From a virus, in IMG/VR virus record IMGVR_UViG_3300025519_000001, positions 90,760 through 154,759 of that record: a stretch of DNA of 64,000 nt. One strand, given 5' to 3'. Within the stretch, counting starts at the first letter, position 1. The number at the start of each line of letters is the position of its first letter. The notes under the pieces were generated by a model that saw only the letters and a list, made by a program, of their open reading frames with translations, made no database searches and was not told where the DNA came from. Position numbers and translations under genes: made by a program. Below, piece after piece: positions 49,034-59,062 of this stretch.

Positions 49034-51614
49034 TTCTACCTACACCAACTTCAACAATTTTGTAGTATCTACCCAAAAACTCCTTACCTTCTGGATCACC
49101 CGATGAAACTTCAATAATTTTTTTCTGAATATTTTTGGGCGAATTTGTTCTTAAATTCTCTAACATCTCATCCCCAAATATAACCCAACATAAATGTTTC
49201 TCTTCACTAATTGAACGATAGGCTACTTTTATGCAATAGTTTGCTAATAGCTTTTTATCAATATTAATTTTAAATATTTTTTCTTTATACTTGTCATAAA
49301 GAATATCTAAAGCATCTTCATCATCCAACTTTATTACTTCCAAAAATTCTTTCTTAAAATCACTATATATACTCTTTATTTTGTTTATAATATGTTGATT
49401 TGATAAATCAAGCGTATTATCTATAAGCAAATAACCATTATTAGAAACTTTATTGTCCCATTTAATATTTTGTCTTTCCCATTGACATATATACTCACAA
49501 AGTTCATTCATTGCAGTTTGCGATTTGAATGAATTATAAGGAATCCTATCCTCTGGATCACTCTGCTTATTAATTTCTTTAATTCGATTATATACCCTTA
49601 ATTTCTTAGGATAATTGTAAAGTATAAAATGAGGAAGACGTTTTAAATATCTACGTAAGTTTTTCGTGATAACCCATCTAAAACCTGTCTTCACAAAATC
49701 GATTTCTTTTCCTTGATACAATCTGAGAAGTGCAACATTGTCTTGGTTAATTTTCTTCCACACTGGATCTTCTGTATATTGATTTAAAATAGAAGTCGCA
49801 ATATTTGTTATTTCTCCAATTCGACTATCTCTGCTATTACACTCATATTTAATTATATTTTCTAAATTATATTCGACTTCATCAACCGATTTTTTGTCTT
49901 CAATATCAACCACAATAGGTAAATCTATCTTTGCATCAACAAGAATTTTATTGGGACAAAGGAGGATAATATCTCCGTCCATATCTGCTCCGCCTTGTTG
50001 TTGCATCGACAAATCATGCATATTCACCATACAAACGTCTTGGTCTTTAAAATGAGATAAATATTTTTTTGTTATTTGATTTTCAACAATCTTCACTTTG
50101 TTAACTTCAGATGGATCTACAAGAGGACTTCTAAATGACAAACAATTTTCTTGTTTCAAATTTTTTGAATAAAACTCGCCTGCATTTAAACATCCAACAG
50201 GTTTTAGTCCTCCCGCATACTCTAAATATCCAATAATATCACCAACAACTATATGATAAAAGCCCTCCGCATATATCTTTCCATATTTCATTTGAGTTAT
50301 TGTTTTGTTCAATTTTCTTTTTAATGTATTTTTTATACAAGGGTCTTTTAACATTTCTGTGTTAATTAATATTGCTTCAACAAATTTACTAGAAATATTT
50401 GCTTTTCCTGTATTATTGATTCCTAAAAATTTTAAAGTGTATAATAATTCTCCATTAATTATCTTCTCTAATAGTTCTGTAGAGTAACTTGCCACCTTAA
50501 TAATTTTATCCTGATTTGTTAGATCAAGCGTATTAAATTTTCTTTCTTTGTTTTTAAATTGTTCCATATATTTAGGATTTATCAAATTCAAACATTGAAG
50601 ATATTGAAAATTTAATTTGGTATATAAATCTAGAAATTTTTTATTGTGACTATATTTACTGATACCGATTGGATATTGATATTTATTTACTCTTTTTAGA
50701 TATTCATTCCATGCTTCACTACCAAAATTCTTCTTAAATATCCCATGTGCTTTCCACATCGTAACATTCCAGATGCAATCAATTTTTTCAACATCATGCC
50801 AATTTCCAAATATATCTTGGATTTTATTTATACCGTGTTCTTTATAAAATTCCCTAAAAGGAACTTCAACCGTCATTCCTTTCAAAAAGGGTAATCTGAT
50901 TTGGAACGCGATAGAATTATTTTCATTGTCCAATGTTTTATTAAACCAATCGCTAATTTCTTTCGTATGTACTCCAAAACCGTCAAAGGGTGATTGAGAA
51001 ATATCTTTAAAACCTTCTTCAATAACCCTTTGTTTCTTTAAAGTTTTTACAATACCTGAGTTTTTATCCGTATACTCAATATCTTTTTCTACAGCATATC
51101 GTACATATTGATTTGGAAGAATCTTTTTAAATTCATCAACCATAACTATGTACGGTAAATTTCCTTCTACAAATAGACAAGAACTTAAAATCAAATTTCT
51201 ATAACTTTCATATTTAGAAATGTTGCATTTATCAATACTAACTCCAAGTTGACTACGTTCCATCAAACGCTCAAAATATTCTTCATCAATAAAAACTGTA
51301 ATTCCTTCTTTAGCCTGAGAAGCACTCTTACCAAAACGTACATATTTCTTGTCATTATAATAAAAACCTTCTCGCAATAACTTCTTTAAATGTTCTTCAC
51401 GTTTTTTGTTGTGCTTCGCTTCCACATATATTAATTCATTAATTCTTTGAGTGTCATATCCACGCTCAATCCTTAATTGATTAAAGAGATGAGTATTTTG
51501 CTGTCTTATGATAAAATTTAATTCTTCTTCTGGACTCAAATTAATTCTAAAATCACATTTTATAATATCTTGAATTTTTATTTTTAAAATATCGTACATT
51601 CGGATTTTTTGCAA
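49023..51614 (-). CDS. yonO: YonO-like single-subunit DNA-dependent RNA polymerase
   Basis: FDGFG, FQIRLPFLKG, FRSP, catalytic GGADMDGD, IGEITN, EIDFVKTG; 863 aa heading the late block. Confidence 0.88.
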   Translation of the reverse strand: MQKIRMYDILKIKIQDIIKCDFRINLSPEEELNFIIRQQNTHLFNQLRIERGYDTQRINELIYVEAKHNKKREEHLKKLLREGFYYNDKKYVRFGKSASQAKEGITVFIDEEYFERLMERSQLGVSIDKCNISKYESYRNLILSSCLFVEGNLPYIVMVDEFKKILPNQYVRYAVEKDIEYTDKNSGIVKTLKKQRVIEEGFKDISQSPFDGFGVHTKEISDWFNKTLDNENNSIAFQIRLPFLKGMTVEVPFREFYKEHGINKIQDIFGNWHDVEKIDCIWNVTMWKAHGIFKKNFGSEAWNEYLKRVNKYQYPIGISKYSHNKKFLDLYTKLNFQYLQCLNLINPKYMEQFKNKERKFNTLDLTNQDKIIKVASYSTELLEKIINGELLYTLKFLGINNTGKANISSKFVEAILINTEMLKDPCIKNTLKRKLNKTITQMKYGKIYAEGFYHIVVGDIIGYLEYAGGLKPVGCLNAGEFYSKNLKQENCLSFRSPLVDPSEVNKVKIVENQITKKYLSHFKDQDVCMVNMHDLSMQQQGGADMDGDIILLCPNKILVDAKIDLPIVVDIEDKKSVDEVEYNLENIIKYECNSRDSRIGEITNIATSILNQYTEDPVWKKINQDNVALLRLYQGKEIDFVKTGFRWVITKNLRRYLKRLPHFILYNYPKKLRVYNRIKEINKQSDPEDRIPYNSFKSQTAMNELCEYICQWERQNIKWDNKVSNNGYLLIDNTLDLSNQHIINKIKSIYSDFKKEFLEVIKLDDEDALDILYDKYKEKIFKINIDKKLLANYCIKVAYRSISEEKHLCWVIFGDEMLENLRTNSPKNIQKKIIEVSSGDPEGKEFLGRYYKIVEVGVGRNAS

Positions 51615-51748
51615 TGAACCACCTCATCATCTTGTTGATTACTAAAACGTATGATCTTTTGAGAATCCTCATCAAATGTCTCATATTGATCATCGATAAA
51701 ACCGTCATAATAAACATCTTGCCAAGTTAATCTAGAAAATCCCTTCAA
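51584..51748 (-). CDS. Small acidic ORF upstream of and overlapping the RNAP gene
   Basis: Manual: TTG after AGGTG, MKGFSRLTWQDVYYDGFIDD..., 54 aa. Confidence 0.5.
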   Translation of the reverse strand: MKGFSRLTWQDVYYDGFIDDQYETFDEDSQKIIRFSNQQDDEVVHCKKSECTIF

Positions 51749-51811
51749 ACAAATCACCTGCAATTCACGTTATTTTTAAAATACGCCCCCTTTTATTTTA
51801 GTGGTGCGTGA

Positions 51812-51935
51812 TAGAGAAATACTTGACAGCATTTCTCTTTAATGATAATATATAAAAATTTACATTCAAAAGTCAAGGTTTTTTGAAAATAAATTTTGCG
51901 AATAGTTGACAAAAGAATTTTAATCTTGCTATAAT
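51812..51935. promoter_or_regulatory. Divergent sigma-A promoter cluster with operator-like palindrome
   Basis: + TTGACA 51823; - TTGACT ~51876; + TTGACA(51906)-18-TATAAT(51930); AGAGAAAT...ATTTCTCT brackets the first -35. Confidence 0.65.
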
Positions 51936-51969
51936 CCAGATATAGCAAGATTATTTTAGGAGGGATAAA

Positions 51970-53016
51970 ATGCTTGCGATTAAAAATGTAGGAATCATAA
52001 GAAATCAATCTGTTTTCGAAAATATTCAATCTTTTCTGAGGAACTATGAGAAAAGAAGTAAAAATACAGGAATTGCTTATGAAAATGATATTCGTTTATT
52101 TTTTAGAGTTCTAAAGCACAAAGAATTGGAACAATTATCTGAAGAAGATTTGAAGGTTTCTTTGCCAGAAATTTTTCAATATCAAAATCTGTTGATTGAA
52201 TCTGGAGAATATAAAAACAGCACAATTAATCGTAAAATTAATACTATCAAGAGTTTGTATTCATATCTTAAAGGATGCGAATATGACGTAAACCCTTTTG
52301 TTTTCAAACAAATAAAGGATCTTCCGAACGACACAAAAAATATAGGATTTTTGACCCCTGATGAAGTTTGGTTGCTTGCTGATCTGGCATTACAGGAACA
52401 AAGAGACGGTCTTAAAAAAAGAGCGCTTATTCTTACCGCAGGAACCACAAGTATCAGAAAAAGCGCCATTAGAAAGTTAAAAATGTCACATTTCAGAAAA
52501 AGTGAAGACGATGATCACACGTACATTATTGAATCTGACTTCTTCGACAAATCAAAATTAATCGAAAAAAGAATACATGAAAAATTATATTTTTTGATCA
52601 AAGAAGCACATGGAGATAAAGGTGAAGATGAATTAATTTTTGATATTAGCGATACAGCAATTGATGATATGATGAAACGCTTAATTAAAAAAGCTGGATT
52701 TGACCCAAAAAGAAACTTAAGTTTTCATAGTCTACGTAAAGCTGCGATTATGTGGGTTGATGAATTTACAAACGGAGATATGGTAGCTATTACAGCACAG
52801 GGAGATTGGACAAGTCCTACGGTAGCATACAATAACTACATCAATAAAAAACGTAAAACAAACTTAGCTGGCATTGGAATGTTTGAAGATAGCGATAATA
52901 GCATATATGACGAATTAACTAGAGAAGAAATGCTTTGTTTATTAAAGTCGATTGGGAACGGCCTTGGAGCACAATTGAGAAGTAAAGCTAAAGAAATTTT
53001 AAAAAATAGAAATTAA
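51970..53016 (+). CDS. Tyrosine-recombinase-fold protein (resolvase or recombinase-derived repressor)
   Basis: SAM-like N-domain (NSTINRKINTIKSLYSYL), SIRKS, SFHSLRK, QGDW, YNNY. Confidence 0.8.
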   Translation: MLAIKNVGIIRNQSVFENIQSFLRNYEKRSKNTGIAYENDIRLFFRVLKHKELEQLSEEDLKVSLPEIFQYQNLLIESGEYKNSTINRKINTIKSLYSYLKGCEYDVNPFVFKQIKDLPNDTKNIGFLTPDEVWLLADLALQEQRDGLKKRALILTAGTTSIRKSAIRKLKMSHFRKSEDDDHTYIIESDFFDKSKLIEKRIHEKLYFLIKEAHGDKGEDELIFDISDTAIDDMMKRLIKKAGFDPKRNLSFHSLRKAAIMWVDEFTNGDMVAITAQGDWTSPTVAYNNYINKKRKTNLAGIGMFEDSDNSIYDELTREEMLCLLKSIGNGLGAQLRSKAKEILKNRN

Positions 53017-53030
53017 AATTTTAAAAAAGG

Positions 53031-53062
53031 TTGACTTTTAAAATGAAAAAATGATATATATT
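53031..53062 (+). promoter_or_regulatory. Sigma-A-like promoter of HTH-recD2 operon
   Basis: TTGACT then TG-A-TATATA; resembles the minus-strand RNAP promoter. Confidence 0.5.
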
Positions 53063-53135
53063 AAGTGCCAATTTATATTGGTGCTTTTTTGTTATCGGTA
53101 AACAAAAGTTTAACCAAAAAGAGGTGATTAATGGA

Positions 53136-53300
53136 TTGGAGTACAAAAAACTAATAAGAGACAAAGGATTAAAGCAAAATTTTATTGCTCAAAAAATTGG
53201 TATAAGTAAAACAATGATGTCTTTATTTCTATCCGGGAAAAGAAATTTATCTCCAGAAAATAAGTCAAAGTTACATAGAATTTTAGATATTAACGAATAG
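53136..53300 (+). CDS. Cro/XRE-family HTH protein
   Basis: Manual: TTG after GAGGTG, EYKKLIRDKGLKQNFIAQKIGISKTMMSLFLSGKRNLS, 54 aa. Confidence 0.8.
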   Translation: MEYKKLIRDKGLKQNFIAQKIGISKTMMSLFLSGKRNLSPENKSKLHRILDINE

Positions 53301-53310
53301 GAGGAATTGA

Positions 53311-55584
53311 ATGTCTCAAATTGAAACAACATTAGTACCAGAAAAATTGGTATATTCAAACGGAGATTTTAAAATTTATGCTTGTACCACAAATAACTGC
53401 GAAATTAAATTAAACAATTGGGGTAACTGCTCAATTAAGGGAGTTATGCCACGTTTAGACCTTGGGATTGAATATAAAGCGATTATTGAATTAGATGAGA
53501 TGCATCCTAAATATGGAGCAAGCTATAAATGCATTTCGATTTATCAAGATATTCCAGAATCAACAGAAGGACAAAAGGAGTATCTTGCTACACTAATGAC
53601 TCCTTTACAACTTGAAGAAGTATATAAGGTGTATAGTGAAAATGACGATATAATTGAACTTATCAAAGAAAGAAAATTTGATTATGAAAAAGTACATGGT
53701 TTTGGTCCCATTGTATTTGAGCGAATCTATCAAAAAGTAATGGAAACATTAGAATATAAAGAGATATTAGGTAAGTTTGGGAAATACGGAATTACATACG
53801 AAGCTATTTTAAAACTTGCACAGGAATTAGGCGGAACCAGACAATATGCTGTTCAAAAGCTTGAAGAAAATCCATACATCATCACTTTAGTAAGTGGATT
53901 TGGATTCAAAAAAGCAGATGTTATTGCAAAAAAAATGGGTATCAAGCATAACGATCCAAATAGAATTAGGTGCGGTATAAAATACACCATTGAGGAAAAC
54001 CAGCAAAACGGTCATACATACATAAAAAGAAATGAGCTATTAGAATCAGCTAGTGAAATCCTTGAGTTAAGCGAAAGTGAAATTGAAAAAGAAATTGAAA
54101 GTACCGATGGATTAAAAATAATTGATAATAAGATCGCTTTACAAAGGACATATAATGCAGAGTATTTTATCGCTAAAAAACTAAAAGAAATGCTTGCAGA
54201 CAACGAAGAATTACACTTTGAAGTTAATGATTTTATTGAACGTATGGAAAAGAAATATGGATTTAGTTTAACTGATCAGCAACGTGGCTTTTTTGAAATG
54301 ATTAAGAAGTATAGAGTTGGTATGCTCATTGGGTATGCCGGATCGGGCAAAACGCAAATGTTAAAATTCCTAGTAGAACTTCTTAATGAACTTAAACTTA
54401 CATATACGTTTATGTCTCCATCTGCTCAAGCAGCTAAAGTCTCTACAAAATATACTGGTGTAAAAGCAACAACCATACATAGAAAAATTGGATGGGGTCA
54501 AGATAAAAATGAAAGAATGTTAGTTGAAATAACTGAAGATTTTATAATTGTTGATGAAGCTGGCATGATGGACATTTTTATTGGAAGTATGATGTTAGGA
54601 AAAATTAAAAACCCGAAAGCAAGAATATTATTTGTAGGCGATGTATTCCAACTTCCAGCAGTAGGATCAGGAAATATTTTACATGATTTAATTGAATCCG
54701 GAGAGATTCCTAAAACTGTTCTTGATATTATTTTCCGCCAAAAAGAAGGTGGAATCATCGATATTGCAACAAAGATAAGACTAAAAGAAAAGTTTATTTC
54801 AAATGATTTCTCTGGAAAAAAGTTATTTGGAAATGACTTTATTCTTCACTGTGTAGAACAGGGACATATGGAAAATGGATATAAACATTACTATGATGCT
54901 TATTTAAAAATGTACCCAGCCGAAGATATTATGCTTTTATCTCCAACCAAAAAAGGTAAAATTGGAACAGTAGAAATAAACAAATACGTTCAAGAAAAAG
55001 TAAATCCTCAAGATGGTTATAAGAAGGAGCATTCTTATGGGGATATTACTTTATTTAGAGTTGGAGATTACATAATTAACACACAAAACATGTATGATAT
55101 CTGCAATTACAATGATGAAGCTATTGAACTTGTAAATGGAGATAAAGGCGTTCTTGTTGATATTGTTAAAGATGCAGAAGAAAACTTAAGCAAAAATAGA
55201 CATAAATATGATCCTGAAGAATATGAGCTAGAAAAACGTAAAGAAAAAAATAAAAATGGGATAATCATTGATTATAACGATATTGGAAAGGTCAGAATGA
55301 ATTTCAATGAAATAGGACAATTACTTCATGCTTGGTGTATTACTATACATAAAAGTCAAGGTGATGCTGCTCCAGCCGTTCTAATTGTCGCTGATAGATC
55401 CCACAAATTTCAATTGAGTGCAAATTTACTTTATACTGCTATCACAAGGGCCAAAGAAAAATGTGTACTGCTTACCCAAGCTGAAACATTGAACTATGCT
55501 ATTGGGAAAGTTGAGAATTTTAGAAGGCATACTTTTCTTCAAGAACTGTTGAAAATGGACTTCAATAAAAACAACAAGAACTAA
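53311..55584 (+). CDS. recD2: RecD2-like SF1B helicase
   Basis: ENPY, GFGFKKAD HhH, GYAGSGKT, ATTIHR, VDEAGM, GDVFQLPAVG, ITIHKSQG, LLYTAITRAK. Confidence 0.93.
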   Translation: MSQIETTLVPEKLVYSNGDFKIYACTTNNCEIKLNNWGNCSIKGVMPRLDLGIEYKAIIELDEMHPKYGASYKCISIYQDIPESTEGQKEYLATLMTPLQLEEVYKVYSENDDIIELIKERKFDYEKVHGFGPIVFERIYQKVMETLEYKEILGKFGKYGITYEAILKLAQELGGTRQYAVQKLEENPYIITLVSGFGFKKADVIAKKMGIKHNDPNRIRCGIKYTIEENQQNGHTYIKRNELLESASEILELSESEIEKEIESTDGLKIIDNKIALQRTYNAEYFIAKKLKEMLADNEELHFEVNDFIERMEKKYGFSLTDQQRGFFEMIKKYRVGMLIGYAGSGKTQMLKFLVELLNELKLTYTFMSPSAQAAKVSTKYTGVKATTIHRKIGWGQDKNERMLVEITEDFIIVDEAGMMDIFIGSMMLGKIKNPKARILFVGDVFQLPAVGSGNILHDLIESGEIPKTVLDIIFRQKEGGIIDIATKIRLKEKFISNDFSGKKLFGNDFILHCVEQGHMENGYKHYYDAYLKMYPAEDIMLLSPTKKGKIGTVEINKYVQEKVNPQDGYKKEHSYGDITLFRVGDYIINTQNMYDICNYNDEAIELVNGDKGVLVDIVKDAEENLSKNRHKYDPEEYELEKRKEKNKNGIIIDYNDIGKVRMNFNEIGQLLHAWCITIHKSQGDAAPAVLIVADRSHKFQLSANLLYTAITRAKEKCVLLTQAETLNYAIGKVENFRRHTFLQELLKMDFNKNNKN

Positions 55585-55648
55585 ATGAAACAGAGTCGGC
55601 TTCATAAGCCGATTCTGTACTTGAATTTTTTGCATATGGGGGATTTTA

Positions 55649-55876
55649 ATGAACTTCTTTTATTGCTACGACAGACGACTTCTTACATTTCTGTTAAATA
55701 AAAAGTTCAAATATATATGTGCTGGTCTACATATGAAAACATCATTACCGTTTTGGCAATTTCAAATTACAGACGAACTACAAAAAGCCATTCAAGAGTA
55801 CAATGACAAAATGAAAAAAACGGAGCAAAGTACAACCAAAAACTTTGACAAAATGACTTTTAAAAAAACCTTATAA
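55649..55876 (+). CDS. DUF5659-like small protein
   Basis: FYCYD..L..FL...F.YI....H......FW.F..T.EL..AI.EY. Confidence 0.6.
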   Translation: MNFFYCYDRRLLTFLLNKKFKYICAGLHMKTSLPFWQFQITDELQKAIQEYNDKMKKTEQSTTKNFDKMTFKKTL

Positions 55877-56127
55877 ATCAAGGCTTTTTTAATGGTGTTT
55901 TGACAAAATGCTCAAAATGACCCATTTTACCCCCAAAAAGTTTGACAAAATGCTCAATTTGACGTAAATTTGGGGTCAAAACTTTGACAAAATGGCCGAA
56001 ATACGGACAGGGACGGTACATTCAAAAAAACCTTATGTACTAATGGGAAAATGAGAATATGGAAAATATTAACTTTGACAAAATGACTTTTTTGACGCAT
56101 TTTTGAAGCCAAAAGTTTGACAAAAGG
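55802..56127 (+). repeat. Iteron array, probable replication origin
   Basis: TTTGACAAAATG-like units at 55802, 55844, 55899, 55941, 55983, 56074, 56116 (spacings 42,55,42,42,91,42); AT-rich tract ~56145-56185 follows. Confidence 0.8.
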
Positions 56128-56344
56128 TCGTTTTTACGGATGTACTTAATTATTATAATAATTAGTACTAATATATATAATAAATTCAGTTCGCTATCAC
56201 AGATAGCTCACTTGGTACGCTTCGCTTTGTTTTGGGATATGAGAATGAGAATATGAATATGAGAACAAGTTACAAGAAACAAAATACAAAAATAGATGTA
56301 ATATGGCTTAGTCAATCACGTGTTAATCAAAGGAGATACAAAAA

Positions 56345-57202
56345 ATGAATTTTGTTGACGATCATGTGTTATTAAAATCCAATTGGTTTGATAAAGGTGG
56401 ACTAATATCAAAAACAAACTGTAATGTATTGTTATTGTATTTGATTCTATATAAATTCAGAATACATAATCAGGAACATGAACACATGTTTTTAACAAGC
56501 ATGAAAATGCTCAAAAAAGAAACAGGATTTACACTTGAAAAAACATATGAGTTATTCAAATTGCTTATCAGGCATAAAATAATCAGTTGTGATGTTACAA
56601 GATGGGACAGATACACAGATAATGAAATCATGACTGTGAAATCATTGGAATTTCCGAAAACAGAAAGGATTCAAAATAAAGATGAAGAATGGCAAGATAA
56701 GCCTTTGAGTGAAGATGATCAGTACGTTTCTGTGGATTTAAAATTGATGCAATATTATTTGGATCTTGGATTGTCTGGTGAAGAAATTGCTTTGTATTGT
56801 TTATTGAAGAAGGGCAGAAATAAAACAGAAGGAAAAACACTATGGTCTATTGATACGATGTCACAGATGCTTGGTTTAAGTAAGGATAAGGTTCATAAGA
56901 TTATTATGAAATTAAATAGGTTGTATTTATTAGCTTCTGTATTGAAGGTTTCTGGGAGTAAAGTAGTTCAAGGAAAGAGTGTTAGGGTTTATAAATATGA
57001 ACATTATATTTTCCCACGGTTTAATGATTTAGAGGAATATAGGAGCAGTTGGCTTAAGGATGTTATTGAGGGCAATATTAAAAGATGGGATGGGAGCAAG
57101 GGCAAAAAGGGAAATGGAAGGACGAGAGGTAAAAGAAAAAATAGTGGAATTGACGAGATAGATGAATCAGTGAATGAACTTGAGCTTGTGTTTGATGATT
57201 GA
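56345..57202 (+). CDS. Probable replication initiator (tandem winged-HTH)
   Basis: Two LY..L / S...L....G HTH-like repeats; directly downstream of iterons. Confidence 0.6.
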   Translation: MNFVDDHVLLKSNWFDKGGLISKTNCNVLLLYLILYKFRIHNQEHEHMFLTSMKMLKKETGFTLEKTYELFKLLIRHKIISCDVTRWDRYTDNEIMTVKSLEFPKTERIQNKDEEWQDKPLSEDDQYVSVDLKLMQYYLDLGLSGEEIALYCLLKKGRNKTEGKTLWSIDTMSQMLGLSKDKVHKIIMKLNRLYLLASVLKVSGSKVVQGKSVRVYKYEHYIFPRFNDLEEYRSSWLKDVIEGNIKRWDGSKGKKGNGRTRGKRKNSGIDEIDESVNELELVFDD

Positions 57203-57209
57203 TTAGTGA

Positions 57210-58060
57210 ATTGATTGGTGATTTAATATTAAAATAGCGGCCATTTATGGTCGTTTTTTATTTTTGGTGGATGATTGATGGTTGTATTGGCGATGAGATT
57301 ATTAGTGTTTTTAATGATGGATGATGTAATCGTGGTGAATCGGATGGTGGATTTAGGGGTGTATAGGAACGAAATTTGGGAGTTTTGGATGGATGTGAAA
57401 TGTGAGATTTTTTGTTGAAAAATAAGTGGTTTTCGAGCGTTTTTGGATGGTTTTTGGAGAAAAATCATTAAAATTTGGTGTTTTTTAATCGCAAAAAATA
57501 TTGATTTTTAAGGGATTTTTGATGGTTGAATGGGGGTTGTTACGGAATTGGAAATTGCCTTGGTTGTTATTTTTGCATTTGTTTATGGTGTGTTTTCGAT
57601 TATGATTGCGATATATTTGTGGCTGTTTTTATGGATGATTTGGTATATGATGGTATTTTTGTTGAATCGCTCGTTTTGTGTATTGGGTGTGGTGATGGAT
57701 GTGCTGACGGTAGAAATTATGGAAAAAATGGAATAAAATGTGTAAACTATCCCCCCTACCTATGGTAGCATTTAGCACCCAAAAAGCTAGGAAAATCCGG
57801 CCATAATATGAGTTATAGACGGATTGCCGGATTGCGATAGTATCCAGGCGAGCGAAATAGTACTTTCATTCTTTATGGCGTTAAAGCATTAAAGTTTAGT
57901 ATATTAAAGTTCTAAAGTTAAAATGGCGACAAAATACTAGCGAAATAAAAATGGAAATAATCGCCATTGTAACAAGCCGCGTTTTGGTAGTGTCTTAGGT
58001 GTATTAAGTGAACTAATACACTAATACACTAGTGCACAAAAGCCAATCAAAAAAACATCA
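57210..58060. other. Non-coding strand-skewed region with CCCCCC switch point; possible packaging start or genome end
   Basis: G/T-rich to ~57745, CCCCCCTACC at 57751, then A-rich DNA with TAAAG and ACTAATAC mini-repeats. Confidence 0.4.
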
Positions 58061-58079
58061 AAAAAAATATAAAAAGTGT

Positions 58080-58108
58080 TTGACATTATGCGATGCCGCG
58101 AGTATAAT
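58080..58108 (+). promoter_or_regulatory. Perfect consensus sigma-A early promoter with A-tract UP element
   Basis: TTGACA-17-TATAAT with upstream A tracts. Confidence 0.9.
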
Positions 58109-58114
58109 TAAAAA

Positions 58115-58560
58115 TGTAAGGAACAACGGACACCAGCGAACGCTAGATGCGAGCCGACCGCACACAATGGTGGGATGCTGCCAGCCAGTAGGCTCGATGA
58201 TGCTAAGTGGGAATGTCCGCATAAAAGCAAAATATCGCAACGGCAGGGCGGACGTGCCTAGATAGCTAGGCAATCCATCCGGGAGCGCCTAACAGCGCGA
58301 CAGTCATGCACTTTGATAATTACATATCGGCCCATCCGTTGATCGTCAACGTTAAAACGCTACGCGAAACAGCGCGGCAAGCACTAGGCAGGAAATGGGA
58401 AGCCTGTCTAGGCGACTGTCCCGGAGGAAGCGTCTCCTCTACTATCGCCCGCTATCGGACATAGATAGGGGAGGCGACGACCGACGCAAGGCAGGCAGGG
58501 TAGGAGTCCCGCACAAAACCCATAGCAACGATAAGAAGGTTATAACGCCCCACAATGCTT
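58115..58560 (+). ncRNA. Large structured leader RNA of the early operon
   Basis: GC-rich, no credible ORF, many nested helices; boxA-like GCACTTTGATAA at 58308. Confidence 0.6.
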
Positions 58561-58736
58561 TTTATGTTAGTTTTGCCTTTCCTCGCTTCGCAATCCTCGA
58601 TTCAAAAGCTGCACATAACGATATTTGCTCATGTAACACAATTGTTATAGTCTTCTTATCGCTGTTGCTAGCACTAGACAGTCTCAGCCTTTTGGCTGTC
58701 TTTTGTGTCCCCTGTTTAAAAAGGAGAATGTTACAT

Positions 58737-58970
58737 ATGGAAAAAAATGACATTGAAAAAATATGTGACAAAATGAACAGAGGCGAATTGAAAAATACAT
58801 TTGACGCGATGGTAAATCAAGCAGATTACCATGAATTGAGGCAAATGTTATTTGCAGCCAACGATTTGATGACGAGTGTCCAAAGAAGGATATATCTCAA
58901 AAAAATATGCCATAATAGGATTGCAGATTTTATAACGGCTGTTGAAGAAAATGGGATTTTAGAATTCTAA
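58737..58970 (+). CDS. Small early protein (77 aa)
   Basis: SD AAGGAG at 58721, MEKNDIEKICDKM...; real part of track ORF 58395-58970. Confidence 0.65.
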   Translation: MEKNDIEKICDKMNRGELKNTFDAMVNQADYHELRQMLFAANDLMTSVQRRIYLKKICHNRIADFITAVEENGILEF

Positions 58971-59062
58971 ACCAAAAACCAAAAACAGGGGACACAAAAG
59001 ACAGCCAAAGATATTTTTGGCTGTCTTTTGTGCTTCCCTGTAAAAAAATGGAGGAATAAAAA

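Noticed and set aside
11751-51614. Numerous short antisense or alternate-frame ORFs inside long structural genes
   Set aside because: Shadow ORFs of well-supported genes, with no RBS or motifs.
55802-56127. CRISPR array
   Set aside because: Repeat core is only ~12 bp, spacing is irregular, and there are no cas genes; the context fits iterons.
57229-58730. Track ORFs 57229-57468, 57526-57768, 57530-57736, 58032-58265, 58058-58273 and the 5' part of 58395-58970
   Set aside because: Low-complexity or structured-RNA sequence, no convincing SD, biased composition; one spans the promoter.
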